Shown piece after piece: positions 38,217 to 51,099 of a stretch of 64,000 nt of DNA. The DNA comes from Felis catus (lineage: Eukaryota). Numbering within the stretch: the first letter of the stretch is position 1; every line of letters begins with the position of its first letter. The translations under genes were made by a program, and so were the position numbers. Under the pieces are notes generated by a model. It worked only from the letters and a program-made list of their open reading frames with translations, had not been told where the DNA came from and ran no database searches. Location of the stretch: positions 6,884,001-6,948,000 of the forward strand of contig NC_058383.1 of the NCBI RefSeq assembly GCF_018350175.1. The letters run 5' to 3'.

Positions 38217-39545
38217 TTCTTCTTCTTCTTCTTCTTCTTCTTTTCCCTACTCTGACTGGATAATTTAAACAAATCCAGGAGGACATAGTTGATTAGGCAA
38301 CTGGTGGCCATGTTAGCCACTGCATGTCATTGGCAGCAAGAGCATGGAGGGTTCTTTGTGGCTGCACAGCTGTTGGGGTCTTCAGCAGCACCACCAGATC
38401 CAGTGCCAGGAGATTGGAGCAAGCAGAATGTTGGCCAGAATTGGAGCTATGCATATGCTCATCTGTGGAAGCTGAGAGCAGGCACATGCTCAAAACTGTG
38501 CTGGGACCACTGGTGGGGACCATGGCCAACTGTGGGTACAAAGGTAGCTTTGAGTGCCTGGGCTGTCTTTGGGCCCTCAGGTGGCTTCAGGGGCTAGCTA
38601 CTTGTTCATGCACAGCAGTCGGGGCTCATGACTGGAATTCACACAGGCTGTGTAGTTTTACAGCTTCAGGGTTTAGCTGTGGTCTCAAGTGGTAGTGCAT
38701 TCCAGTGACAGGAGTCAGGCCTGGCTCAGACACCTGAGAAACAGCTGGGGCCTGGGCTGCTTTGTACATATGCCCAGTCACAGAGGCCAGGGCTGGCTGC
38801 TGGTGCAGATTCCAGGCTCAGGGTGTTGGTGGTGACACTGGCGGAGGCAACTCAAGTGAGGGAAGATGGGGCAGAGCAGGACTCAGGGAGCTGGAACATA
38901 CCAATGTGAAAACCTGTGGGACTCTCAGCAGCAAAATCTTTAGAAGGTGCACAGTGCTGTGCCAGCTGCTTGTTCCTTAGCAGCTAAGGTTTGTAGGGTC
39001 TTCTGCAGAGCAGGACACAGAGAACCATGGTTATACATGCCACTTAGCTGATACTGGTAGTCCTGCCCTTTTTTGTTCTAACTGTCTCTAGATGTGTCAG
39101 CTGTGTCAGTCTCCGGGAAGTTTGAAACCAAAATGGGTCTCTTGTGCCATGCCCTGAAAGGCTGGCACCAGTGATCCCTTACGCTTCTGTCCGCTACCCA
39201 GCAGGGGCCCCTCTCAGTCTGAGGAGTGTCTTCCTGGTGCTGAGCAGTGCTGGCCTGGGGCCTGGGGTGATGCAGGCAGAATGAAGCTATTCTCCCTACT
39301 CTTCCTGTGCAGTTATTCTCAGGAGTTTTGCTCTATGGTGAGGTTGAAGCTTCTTAAATGGACTCCAAAGCTCTTAGGCCTATTTTTGTTTGTGGATAGC
39401 TGTCTAACTCTTGTTCTTTGTGGGGTGACAGAGGCTGGCATGACCCGTTCCATCATCTTGGTGATGTCATATCAGTCTAACATCATTGAGGTGATGTTAG
39501 CTGTGGGGTTTTTTAGATACTCTTTATTAAGTTGAGGAAGATTTC
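37770..39545 (-). mobile_element. Remainder of old L1 (ORF1 and 5'UTR-like) with CAN-SINE at ~37829-38042
   Basis: tttgggaagttttcagccattgtttctttaa ORF1 motif; SINE TSD agccattgtttctttaa; 5' portion identification tentative. Confidence 0.6.
38170..38244. repeat. (CTT)n microsatellite
   Basis: Direct reading; one interruption. Confidence 0.95.
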
Positions 39546-39785
39546 CTCTGTCCCTAGTTTGTGAGTTTTAAATGTGACTGGGTATTGGAGATATCTATAT
39601 TGAAACAAAATATAGTTTTGGAAGATGGAAGAAAGATTTGAGCTGTTTGGCTTGATAGACCAGTCTCTACTGAGAAATAGAATTCTCTCACTCTTTTTCC
39701 TTCTGTCCCTTTAGGGAAATACAGGGGGAATAGTTTTTCCATGTACCTGCATTATTTCTTCAGAATAGCAGATAGATTCCTAATC

Positions 39786-40008
39786 TTTTTTTTAAGTTTA
39801 TTTACTTATTTTGAGAAAGAGAGTGAGAGAGTGAGAGAGCTTGAGCGAGCGTGGGGGAGGGGCAGAGAGATGGAGAGAGAATCTCAAGCAGACTCTGTGC
39901 TGACAGCAAGTATCCTGACACGGCACTTGATCCAACAAACTGTGAGATCATGACCTGGACCAAAATCAAGAGTCAGGTGCTTAACTGACTGAGCCACTCA
40001 GACACCCC
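39786..40008 (-). mobile_element. CAN-SINE
   Basis: TSD agattcctaat. Confidence 0.88.
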
Positions 40009-40547
40009 AGATTCCTAATATTTTTAGTGTTAACTATACTGTTTTTTTTTTAAATCACCATATCAAGACATCTGTTTTTGAGTTGCTCCTGCTACAGATA
40101 TATGTGAAGACAGAACTGGTCTGAGACAGCATACAGTTTGCCAGGGCTCTCTGGCTATCTCTACCAATCCACTTCTACTCTGCACAGTTTAGGAGAAGCA
40201 CTAGTGTTAATCTTGTGTATTCCCCTGGAGGAGTAGTTTCCCTACCAGATTTCCCCAACTGTATTTACTTTAAAAAGAAGATTGGAATAGAAGTCTGGAA
40301 ATACTGGAATAGAAGATTGGAAAGAAGTCTGGAAAGCATATCAGGTGGCTGGATGTCTCCTTCAGCCTTGCAGGAAGCTAGGCATTTGGGATAAATATTT
40401 ATTGAGCATCTGGCATAGGGCCTGCTACTAATTAGATAGGCAGTAAATATTTGTTGAATAATTTCTGCCCGCTTAACAAATTTTCCACATCCCTTGAGAG
40501 ACCTTCAAAACTTATATAAGGCAAAATGTCTTTTGCTTTGACGCTAG

Positions 40548-40661
40548 TCTCTTGGTCCAGTGGGACTTATGAAAAGTGCCATCTCTCTGTCTGAAGATGA
40601 ACAATGGAAGAGAATACGAACAGTGCTGTCTCCAACCTTCACCAGTGGAAAACTCAAGGAG
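40548..40661 (+). CDS. CYP3A: CYP3A exon 5 (114 nt)
   Basis: gctag acceptor; [38 protein letters not shown] (WxxxR C-helix); donor gtaaga. Confidence 0.97.
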
Positions 40662-40944
40662 GTAAGAAAGGGAGGACTTTCAGTTAGGAAGTTAAGGAAT
40701 GCACCTGGGCACAGATAGAAACTAAGACCATAGTCCATCTCTTAGGGGTAGTCTGCTGAATTTGGGCTTTTTAAAAGGGGTATTTTATTTTCATGTCCTA
40801 GAAGAGACATAATAAGATATGTTATTTAAAAAAATGACTACTTAAAAAAATGACAAAAAACATTGTTCCATGTTTGTGAAAGCCATATCATTCTAGGACT
40901 TGATTTTCTGATTTAACTTCAGGCGGTATTGTATTTGTGTGTAG

Positions 40945-41033
40945 ATGTTCCCCATCGTTGGCCAGTATGGAGATGTGTTGGTGAGGAACCTGAGGAAGGA
41001 GGCAGAGAAAGGCAAGCCCGTCAACTTGAAAGA
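40945..41033 (+). CDS. CYP3A: CYP3A exon 6 (89 nt)
   Basis: tgtag acceptor; [29 protein letters not shown]; donor gtaagt. Confidence 0.97.
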
Positions 41034-41324
41034 GTAAGTAGAGCTGCACCTGCTGGCCTTCTGGTTCTGTCATGACACTTTCCAGCTACTGACATAGAAC
41101 CAAACTCCCACTGTTGAGTTAGTCCAGCGAACAAACAGAAGTAGGCATGTGGTGCTACAAGTCCAGTGGGCCACCCAAGAAGAGGTAGCACCCCTCAAAA
41201 GGCAGGGAGGTCAGGAGAGAGAGGGTCTTCTTTTGTGTACGTGAGGCGGGATTAAGTTATCTGCTTGATTGTCCCCTTGGATATTCTGGAAGACAAAAAT
41301 AACATTATTTGAAAAGAAGAAACA

Positions 41325-41557
41325 GGGGCGCCTGGGTGGCGCAGTCGGTTAAGCGTCCGACTTCAGCCAGGTCACGATCTCGCGGTCTGTGAGTTCGAGC
41401 CCCGTGTCAGGCTCTGGGCTGATGGCTCAGAGCCTGGAGCCTGTTTCCGATTCTGTGTCTCCCTCTCTCTCTGCCCCTCCCCCGTTCATGCTCTGTCTCT
41501 CTGTGTCCCCCAAAAAATAAAATAAACGTTGAAAAAAAAAATTAAAAAAAAAAAAAG
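41325..41557 (+). mobile_element. Young SINEC_Fc-type SINE in intron 6
   Basis: TSD aaaagaagaaaca. Confidence 0.95.
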
Positions 41558-41805
41558 AAAAGAAGAAACATAATTTGACGAATCATTGTATGTAGAGAGT
41601 ATGGAATGGTGGGAGGAGAAGGCACTTTGTGCATATTGGTGGGCAGTGGGTGGGACAGGGAAGTTATCATGTGGAACTTAGAACAACTTAAAGCCCTTCC
41701 TGATTTTGTTGAGGATATTAGCAAAACATTAAATATTAACTTTATGACCACTTGTCCTTCCTTCAATAACAAAGGAGAGAAGGCCCTGCACATGTTAGGG
41801 TAACC

Positions 41806-41861
<56 letters not shown>

Positions 41862-41886
41862 ATATATATATATATTTTTTTTTTTT
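41806..41886. repeat. (TA)n(TG)n(TA)n(T)n compound microsatellite
   Basis: Direct reading. Confidence 0.95.
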
Positions 41887-42664
41887 GCCTAAACTGTGAT
41901 ATTTTTAAATTATGCAGGATGACCAGATGTACACTGGCACTGTCCTAGGAAAACTAGTGGAATATGATCACTTATCTATGACATCCCATAAATCAATATT
42001 GGAGTGATCTGGTACATATTTTTTGACCAGGAACATTCTTAGTTCTTATATTTTTCAGATATGAGTGTGTCCTCAGGGAAAGCTCTGATCACTGGAGTTG
42101 AGAAAGAGAGGGTCTTTCAGGAGCCTTAGCAGGGGTGTAGAGAAGAAGGGATGACATTCCTGGCAGCACAGATTGTGGTGTTGCTGTTCTGTAATGTGCT
42201 GAAGAAGAATCAGCTCTGAGCATAGATACTGTGGTGAGAGAAGGTCCAGATCAGTTTCACCCTTCTTGACTCCCCTAGGAAGGGTTAATATTCCACTATT
42301 TACTCTGCCCAGACACAGTGCTAATCCGGCTTCTATTGTCCATGCTCAAAACACACTACTGTAATTTGCCTGACTCTGGGTCGGAGCTCATGACTGAGCT
42401 CATGGAGCTAAGAGGTGTGTCTGACTTGCCATAGTATCACCATCTTAGCACAGGGCCAGCTGCATCATTGACACCTCATGACCACTTCATGAGTGAGAGT
42501 GATCATATATAGACTCTTTAGATGATCCAGCAGGTGGTTCTGAAAGTGTGGCTCTTGTCTTGCCTGGGCATCAGAATCTACATGTACTTCCTCCTGTCTG
42601 TGTTGGATAAGGATGGTAAAGAGTTGCTGATTTTACGTATCCATGCCTTTCTTTCTCTACTCAG

Positions 42665-42813
42665 CATCTTGGGGGCCTACAGCATGGATGTGATTACTAG
42701 CACATCGTTTGGAGTGAACATTGATTCCCTCAACAACCCACGAGATCCCTTTGTGGAAAATACCAAGAAGCTCTTAAAATTTTCATTTCTGGATCCATTT
42801 TTCTTCTCATTAT
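42665..42813 (+). CDS. CYP3A: CYP3A exon 7 (149 nt)
   Basis: ctcag acceptor; [49 protein letters not shown]; donor gtacgt. Confidence 0.97.
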
Positions 42814-42974
42814 GTACGTACACTACTATTTTTGCTTTTTCTCTTCCCTTTTTTCTTTCCTTCTTCTCCTCCTTCATCCTTCACGTTTTCCCTTCCTACC
42901 ATTCTACAACAATTTTATTGATATTTAACTTCATTTAAAATATAATTCAATTGTTTTTATGGCTTGAGTTTCGT

Positions 42975-43536
42975 TGATAAAGGAATAGATAAAGAAAATG
43001 TGGTATGTATATTCAACAGCATCTTATTGAACCCTAAAATGAAGGGAAATTCTGTACTGGACAACGTGGATGAGTCCTGAAGCCTTTACGATAAGTGAAA
43101 AGAGACAAAGATAAATACTGTATGATCTTAATACATGTAGAATCAAAAAACAACAACCAAGAACCAAAATCATACAAAGATGAGATCAGATTTGTGGTTA
43201 CTAGAGGTAGGGGTGAAGGGGTAGGAATTGAATGAAGGTGATCAAAGGTACAAACATTCAGTTATAAGGGAGATAAGTACTTGACTGGTAATTTACAACA
43301 TGATGACTATAGTTAACACTGCTGTATGATGTATTTGTAAATTGCTAAGAGAGTTGATTCCAGAAGTTCTCATCATAATGGAAAAAATTTTGGTTTTTTT
43401 TAACTATATGAGATGATGGTTGTCAGCTAATTGCATTGTGGTGATCATTTCTTTATATGTTTGCCAAGGAATTACGCAGTACACCTTAACTTATACAGTA
43501 GCGTAGATCTATTATAACTCAATGAAACTGAAAAAA
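42975..43536 (+). mobile_element. Old L1MA-type 3' end, sense orientation
   Basis: gataaagaaaatgtggtat...tacaccttaacttatacagt...ctcaatgaaactgaaaaaa. Confidence 0.7.
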
Positions 43537-43539
43537 TCG

Positions 43540-46500
43540 TTTTGGAACATTCAAAGATTCATGCAGCTTTTACTGCAGTCAATGGTTAGAATATCATCCA
43601 CTCAAATCCTGTAGTTTTTTAGTATCACATCCCACTTTCCTTAACCCTACACCACCATGAATCTACTTTCTATCTTAATTGATTTGCCTTTTCTGGACTC
43701 TATACAGATAGAATAATATAATATGTGAATTTTGTGGCTGGATTCTTTCATTAGTATAATGTTTTCAAAGTTTATTCTTGTTATAGTGTGCATCATTACT
43801 TCCTTTCTTTTTATGGCAGAATAATATTCCATTGTATGGACGTACTGCATTTTGTTTTTCCTCCCATCATTTGATGGACATTTGGGATGTTTACAACTCT
43901 TGGGTATTGTGAATAGTGCTGCTGTGAACATTCGTATAAGTTTTTGTTTAGATACCTGTTTTGAACCTTTTTTTTTTAGTTACTCAGGAGTGGAATTGCT
44001 AAGGTATGTAGTAACTTACTATATGCTAAGGTATAATAAGTGTGTTTAACTTAATAAGGAACTGCCAAACTGTTTTCCACAATAGCTACACCATTTATAC
44101 TCCCACCAGAAGGTATGAAGGTTCCAGTTTCTGGCCATCCTTGCCAACATGTGGTTTACACTTGTCTACTGTTTTGATGATGGTCACCTTAATGGGTGTG
44201 AAAGGGTATCTTATTGTGGTTTTGTTTTGCACTTTTCTAATGGCTAGTGAGGTTGAATAACTTTTTATATGCTTGTTGGCTGTTTCGTAACTTCTTTAGA
44301 TAAATGTGTATTCAAACTTTTGTTCATTTATAGTTCAGTTTTTTGTCTTTTTGTTACTGAGTTATAAGAATTCTCTGTATCTTTTAGATACAAATTCCTT
44401 ATCTGATGTATGATTTGCAAATTTGTCTCCCATTCTGTAGGTGTTTTTTTAACTTTCTTCAAAGTATTTTTCTGTAAGCATAAAATGTTTAATTTTGATG
44501 ATGTACAGTTTATGTATTTTTCCCTTTATTTCTGTGCTTTTGGTGTCATATCTTAGAATTCCCTTGGGGCGCCTGGGTGGCGCAGTCGGTTAAGCATCCG
44601 ACTTCAGCCAGGTCACGATCTCGCGGTCCGTGAGTTCGAGCCCCGCGTCAGGCTCTGGGCTGATGGCTTGGAGCCTGGAGCCTGTTTCCGATTCTGTGTC
44701 TCCCTCTCTCTCTGCCCCTCCCCCGTTCATGCTCTGTCTCTCTCTGTCCCAAAAATAAATAAAAAACGTTGAAAAAAAAAAAAAGAATTCCCTGGGAAAT
44801 CTGAGAGCATGAAGATTAATCCGTTGATTTTCTTCTAAGAGTTATAAAGTTTTAGCTTTTAGGTTTGGGTCTTCGATCCATTTTGAATTTCTTTTATATG
44901 TGGTATAAGTTAGGAGTTCTACTTCTTTTTTTTTTTTTTTTTGGCATGTGACCATCCTCTCTTGTCCCAGCACCATTTACTGAGAAGACTTTTTTTCTCC
45001 ACTGAGTGGTCTTGGAAACTTTGTCAAAATCAGTTGACCATAAACACATGGGTATAATTTTGGACTCTAAATTCAATTCCATCGACCTTTGTGTCTGTCC
45101 TTATGCCTGTACCACATTGCCTTATTATGGCTTCATGGTAAGTTTTGAAACTGGAAATCTGACTTCTACAACTTTATTCTTTTTTTTTTTTTTTTTTTTT
45201 TGAGATTGTTTTGGCTATTCTGGGTCCCTTACAATTCCATATAAAATTTAAGTTTAGCATGTCATTTTCTACAAAGAAGCTAGCTAGGACTCTAATAGGG
45301 AATGCATTCATCTGCATTTGAGGAGTATTGCCGTCTTGACAATATTAAGTTCTAATCCATGATCATTGGATGTTTTTCTATTTACATAGATCTTCTTTAA
45401 TTTATTTCAGTTAATATTTGTGGTTTTCAGAGTATAGTTTTACTCTTCTTTTGTTAAATCTATTCCTAAGTATTCTGTTCTTCTCAATGTTGTTGTAAAT
45501 GGAGTTATATTCCTAATTTTGGTTTTAGATTTTTTATTGCAGTGTATTGAAATATAATTGACTTTGTATGTTGATCTTGTATCCTGAAACCCTGCTAAGC
45601 TGGTTTACTAGGTCCAATAGATTTTAATTCATTCCTTCAGATTTTCTGTGTACAGTGCCATGTTATCTGATAATAAAGATGCTTTTACTTCTTTATTCCC
45701 TCAATGAATAGAGTTTCTTTCTTTTTGTTTGTTTGTTTTGCCTACCTTTTCTGTCTAGAACTTCTAGTACATTGTTGAATAGAAGTGGCAATAGAGACAG
45801 CCTTGTTTTGTTTAATCTTAGGGGAAAGTGTTCAGACTATTTCTATTAAGTAGAGTGTTAGCTGTGAGTTTTTGTAGATGCCCTTTATCAGATTGAGAAT
45901 ATTCGTTTCCTAGTTTGTTGAGTGTTTTTGTTGAAAAGGTATTGGACAAAAGTATTGTCAAATACTTTTTCTGCATGTATTGAGATGGCCGTATGGTTTT
46001 TTAGAAAAATTGTTATTGTTATGCTGTATTATATAACCTTGCATTGCTGGATAAGCTCCTCCTGGTTCTGGTGTATCCTTCTTTTGATAATGTTGCTGGA
46101 TTCAGGTTGCTAGTATTTTGGTGAGGATGTGTGCATCCGTGTCATGAGATACATTGGTCTGTGGTTTTCTTGTTCTTTGCTATCTTTTTCTGGTTTTACT
46201 ATCAGGGTAATACTGGCCTCATAGAATGAGTTTGGAAGTGTTTCTACCTCTTCTATATTTTGGAAGAATTTGTGCAAAATTGGTGTTGATTCTACTTTAA
46301 ATATTTGCTAGAACTCACCTGTGAAATCATCTGGAGCTCAGCTTCTTTTTGTGGGTAGTTTCTTCACTACCAGCTCAATCTTTTTGTCTTTCAGATTGCC
46401 TAATTTTTTTTTTATTTTTATTTTTTTAAACATTTTTTTTCAACGTTTTTTATTTATTTTTGGGACAGAGAGAGACAGAGCATGAACGGGGGAGGGGCAG

Positions 46501-48995
46501 AGAGAGAGGGAGACACAGAATCGGAAACAGGCTCCAGGCTCCGAGCCATCAGCCCAGAGCCTGACGCGGGGCTCGAACTCACGGACCGCGAGATTGTGAC
46601 CTGGCTGAAGTCGGACGCTTAACCGACTGCGCCACCCAGGTGCCCTAAGATTGCCTAATTTTTTAATGTCACTTTCTTTTTTTTTTAATTAAAAAAAAAT
46701 GTTTGTTTATTTTTGAGACAGAGAGAGACAGAGCATGAGCAGGGGAGGGGCAGAGAGAGAGAGGGAGACACAGAATCTGAAGCAGGCTCCAGGCTCTGAA
46801 CTGTCAGTACAGAATCTGACATGGAGCTCACGGACTGTGAGATCATGACCTGAGCCGAAGTCAGATGCTTAAACGACTGAGCCACCCAGGCGCCCCAGTG
46901 TCAATTTCTAGTTTGTGTTTTTCTAGGAATTTTTTCATTTCATCTAAGTTTTCTAATTTATTGGCATACAGTTGTCCATGGGATTCCTTTTTAGTCTTTT
47001 TTATTTCTGTAATGTCAGTAGTAATCTCTCCTTTCATTTTTGATGATAGTAATTTGAATCTTCTCTCCTTTTTGTTTTGTCAGTCTAGCTAAATGAATGA
47101 CCAAGCATTCTTAGAATGAATCAGCTTTGTTTCATTGATTTTTATGTTGTTTTTATTCCCTAGTTTGTAAGTTTCTGCTCTTGTCTCTATTATTTGCTTC
47201 CTTCGGCTTGCTTTGGGTTTAGTCTCCTCTTGTTTTTTCAGCACATGTTTGACAGAAAGCTGGGTCCTTGATTTGAGACCTTTGTTCCTTTTAAATGTAG
47301 ACATTTAAAGCAATAAAATTCTTCCTTGTCTGGCACAAAAATAGACACATAGACCAATGGAATAGAATAGAAACCCCAGAACTAGACCCACAAACGTATG
47401 GCCAACTCATCTTTGACAAAGCAGGAAAGAATATCCAATGGAAAAAAGACAGTCTCTTTAACAAATGGTGCTGGGAGAACTGGACAACAACATGCAGAAG
47501 AATGAAACAAGACCACTTTCTCACACCATTCACAAAAATAAACTCAAAATGGATAAAGGACCTGAATGTGAGACAGGAAACCATCAAAACCCTAGAGGAG
47601 AAAGCAGGAAAAGACCTCTCTGACCTCAGCCGCAGCAATTTCTTATTTGACACATCCCCAAAGGCAAGGGAATTAAAAGCAAAAATGAACTACTGGGACC
47701 TTATGAAGATAAAAAGCTTCTGCACAGCAAAGGAAACAACCAACAAAACTAGAAGGCAACCAACGGAATGGGAAAAGATATTTGCAAATGACATATCGGA
47801 CAAAGGGCTAGTATCCAAAATCTATAAAGAGCTCACCAAACTCCACACCCGAAAAACAAATAACCCAGTGAAGAAATGGGCAGAAAACATGAATAGACAC
47901 TTCTCTAAAGAAGACATCCGGATGGCCAACAGACGCATGAAAAGATGCTCAACATCGCTCCTCATCAGGGAAATACAAATCAAAACCACACTCAGATATC
48001 ACCTCACGCCAGTCAGAGTGGCCAAAATGAACAAATCAGGAGACTATAGATGCTGGAGAGGATGTGGGGAAACGGGAACCCTCTTGCACTGTTGGTGGGA
48101 ATGCAAACTGGTGCAGCCACTCTGGAAAACAGTGTGGAGGTTCCTCAAAAAATTAAAAATAGACCTACCCTATGACCCAACAATAGCACTGCTAGGAATT
48201 TACCCAAGGGATACAGGAGTACTGATGCATAGGGGCCCTTGTACCCCAATGTTTATAGCAGCACTCTCAACAATAGCCAAATTGTGGAAAGAGCCTAAAT
48301 GTCCATCAACTGATGAATGGATAAAGAAATTGTCGTTTATATACACAATGGAGTACTACGTGGCAATGAGAAAGAATGAAATATGGCCTTTTGTAGCAAC
48401 GTGGATGGAACTGGAGAGTGTGATGCTAAGTGAAATAAGCCATACAGAGAAAGACAGATACCATATGGTTTCACTCTTATGTGGATCCTGAGAAACTTAA
48501 CAGAAACCCATGGGGGAGGGGAAGGAAAAAAAATAGGTTAGAGTGGGAGAGAGCCAAAGCATAAGAAACTCTTAAAAACTGAGAACAAACTGAGGGTTGA
48601 TGGGGAGTGGGAGGAAGGGGAGGGTGGGTGATGGGTATTGAGGAGGGCACCTTTTGGGATGAGCACTGAGTGTTGTATGGAAACCAATTTGACAATAAAT
48701 TTCATATATTGAAAAAAAAAAGAGATACTCCAAAAAAAAATAATAATAAAATAAAATTCTTCCTGGTCACTGCTTTTGCTACATCCCGTGAGTTTTGGTA
48801 TGTCATGTATTCATTTGTATGAGTTTCCACGTGATTCCTAATTACCTTTTGATTGCTTCTTTGAACCATTGTTTATATAGGAGTCGAATATTTAATTTCC
48901 ACATATTTGTGAGTTTCCCAGTATTCTTTGTGCTCTTGATTTCTAACTATATTCCTTTGTGTTTGAAGGGCATCCTATGTATTATTTGCATCCTG
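43540..48995 (-). mobile_element. Old L1MB-like element in intron 7 hosting SINEs (44566-44784 +, ~46407-46646 -, ~46672-46896 -) and a young sense L1
   Basis: Continuous decayed ORF2 similarity; SINE TSDs agaattccct and agattgcctaatttttt. Confidence 0.8.
47331..48750 (+). mobile_element. Young 5'-truncated L1 (~1.4 kb), sense to the gene
   Basis: Open ORF2 C-terminus, aataaa at 48694, A tail; TSD aataaaattcttcct(t/g)gtc. Confidence 0.96.
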
Positions 48996-49029
48996 ACGAC
49001 AATTTCTTACAAAGCATGATTTTTTGCCT

Positions 49030-49234
49030 TTTAAAAAATGTTTATTTTGAGAAAGAGAGAGGGAGAGTGTGAGCAGGGGGAGGGACAAAAAGAGAGGAGA
49101 GAAAGAATCACGAGCAGGCTACATGCTGTCAGCACAGAGGCTAATGTAGGGCTCGATCTCACAAACCTCGAGATTATGAGCTGAGCAGAAATCAAGAGTG
49201 GGTCTCTTAACCAACTGAGTCACCCAGGTGCCCC
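49030..49234 (-). mobile_element. CAN-SINE
   Basis: Degenerate SINEC; flanked by agcatgatt. Confidence 0.85.
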
Positions 49235-49566
49235 TTAAATAGCATGATTAATTAGAGTAGCATATTATGATCTGATTTATCCAAAGAGACTCTAGTCCAA
49301 AAATAAAAGCTAAGATATCCGGGAATGCAATTCTGTTGCTTTGGTTACTGCAAAGATGTGGAACCGGACACTGATCTCACTGCTGTAGTGGTGACCCCTA
49401 TGTGTGACTTGCCCTGGCTCAGCCATTGTTTTAAAATTTCCAGTAAAGGTCATAAAGTTAATGAATCATGGTGTCTTTTACTCCTCTGATTGGAAGAGCA
49501 AATTATAATTGTCCCAGGTAAATTTTGCATTTTCACTGTGCTTTCCATTGTTCTTTTTCCTTACAG

Positions 49567-49694
49567 TACTCTTCCCATTCCTTACCCCAATTTTTGACCT
49601 ATTAAATATCTGGCTGTTTCCAAAAAGTGTCATTAATTTTTTCACAAAATCTGTAAAAAGGATGAAGGAAAGTCGCCTCAAAGATAAACAAAAG
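49567..49694 (+). CDS. CYP3A: CYP3A exon 8 (128 nt)
   Basis: tacag acceptor; [42 protein letters not shown]; donor gtaaat. Confidence 0.97.
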
Positions 49695-50466
49695 GTAAAT
49701 CCAGTGGTGGTTACATGTGGGTGTTCGCTTTTGATCTTTTATTGGGTTGTGTACATCTCATGTGTACACTTCTTTTTTTTTTTTAATTTAAATTCAAGTT
49801 CGTTAACATACAGTGTAGTCTTGGCTTCAGGAGTAGAACCCCATGATTCTCTTATGATAGACAGAGAACTGCAGAGTTTAGAGCAGGAGAGTTCTAACAT
49901 TTCAGGGAGAATGAAGAAGGTGGAGGTTAGGGAAGGAGATAAGAAAATGAGTCAGGGAATATTTAAAATTTAATAATAAGCTTGGCAACTGGTATGTCAC
50001 TGCACAAAATTTGGTGAGAGAAAAACTACCACTTTCCTTCATTAAATTGTGAAAGGGTAAAAAGTATTATGTAAAATCATTTTCCTGGTAGTATAATTTC
50101 TAAGATCTTATATGGACAAATAATCCTTTCAATTCCAAGCCTCTTATTTTACACCTTCTCCAATGGAGGATCCTATCAAGTACAGGGTGAAGTATAGTCT
50201 GTGTTAAACTTGAGGCTGCCATTTTCTGGAGTGGGCAGGAGTCTTCACTGGACACTCAGGCTGCAGGCCGGCTAAGCCAGTTTTGCCTTCATGAGGCTTG
50301 GTGGCCAGAAAAGAATGTGTGCTGGGTACTCCAAGATGTCAGTGAAGATTGTGCAGAGTTCTGGGAGGGTGGGGCACTGGAAGATGCTGACACAGAAACT
50401 CTCCATGGAGTTTGCAGAGGTCAGGGGATTGATCTATGTGACCACTCATTAAGAATTAAGGCCATT

Positions 50467-50672
50467 GGTGCCTGGGTGGTTCAGTCGCTTAAGTGTCCGA
50501 TTTCGGCTCAGGTCATAATCTCGCAGTTTGTGAGTTTGAGCCCCACATTGGGCTCTGTGCTGACAGCTCAGAGCCTGGAGCCTGCCTCGGATTCTGTGTC
50601 TCCTTCTCTCTCTGCCCCTCCCCCACTTGTGCTCTGTCTCACTCTATCAAAAATAAATGAATGTAAAAAAAA
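50467..50672 (+). mobile_element. CAN-SINE in intron 8
   Basis: TSD aagaattaaggcca. Confidence 0.92.
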
Positions 50673-51032
50673 AGAATTAAGGCCAGAGTTAAAAAGGACT
50701 GGCATCAGGGACTTTCTCCTGAGCAAGCAGGCATGATAGGAGAGGGAGCAGGCAATTCTTTGTCCAGGAAGCTGTGGTCAAAAGCCAGAAAAGCTGAAGG
50801 CAAGAACCAAAAAGCAGTGAGACACAGTAGCTGGATTCCTTTCAGGGAAGCATCCTGTTCTCCAAGTTTGTAGCTGGATGTTTTTGTTTAGTGATGACTC
50901 TGAGAAAACTAGTGAGACCTTTATGCATAAAGGGGCCATATTCTTAGGAAAGAAGCTAAGTCCTGCACCCCTGACTTAATTCTGACTTCACAAGTGACTT
51001 TTTGTCATTGCAATTTCTCTTTCTGCTTTCAG

Positions 51033-51099
51033 CACCGAGTGGATTTGCTTCAGCTGATGATTAACTCCCAGAATTCCAAAGAAACGGACACCCATAAAG
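51033..51099 (+). CDS. CYP3A: CYP3A exon 9 (67 nt)
   Basis: ttcag acceptor; HRVDLLQLMINSQNSKETDTHK; donor gtaagc. Confidence 0.97.

Noticed and set aside
37945..38286. ORF with a poly-arginine run resembling a protamine-like protein
   Set aside because: Translation of the (CTT)n microsatellite on the opposite strand, continuing into old L1 and SINE sequence
38289..39535. GC-richer segment with multiple ORFs in intron 4, possible nested gene
   Set aside because: Lies where the 5' region of the old L1 is expected; no recognisable protein or exon structure
41325..41420. tRNA-like A and B boxes in SINE heads
   Set aside because: These are tRNA-derived CAN-SINE heads, not tRNA genes
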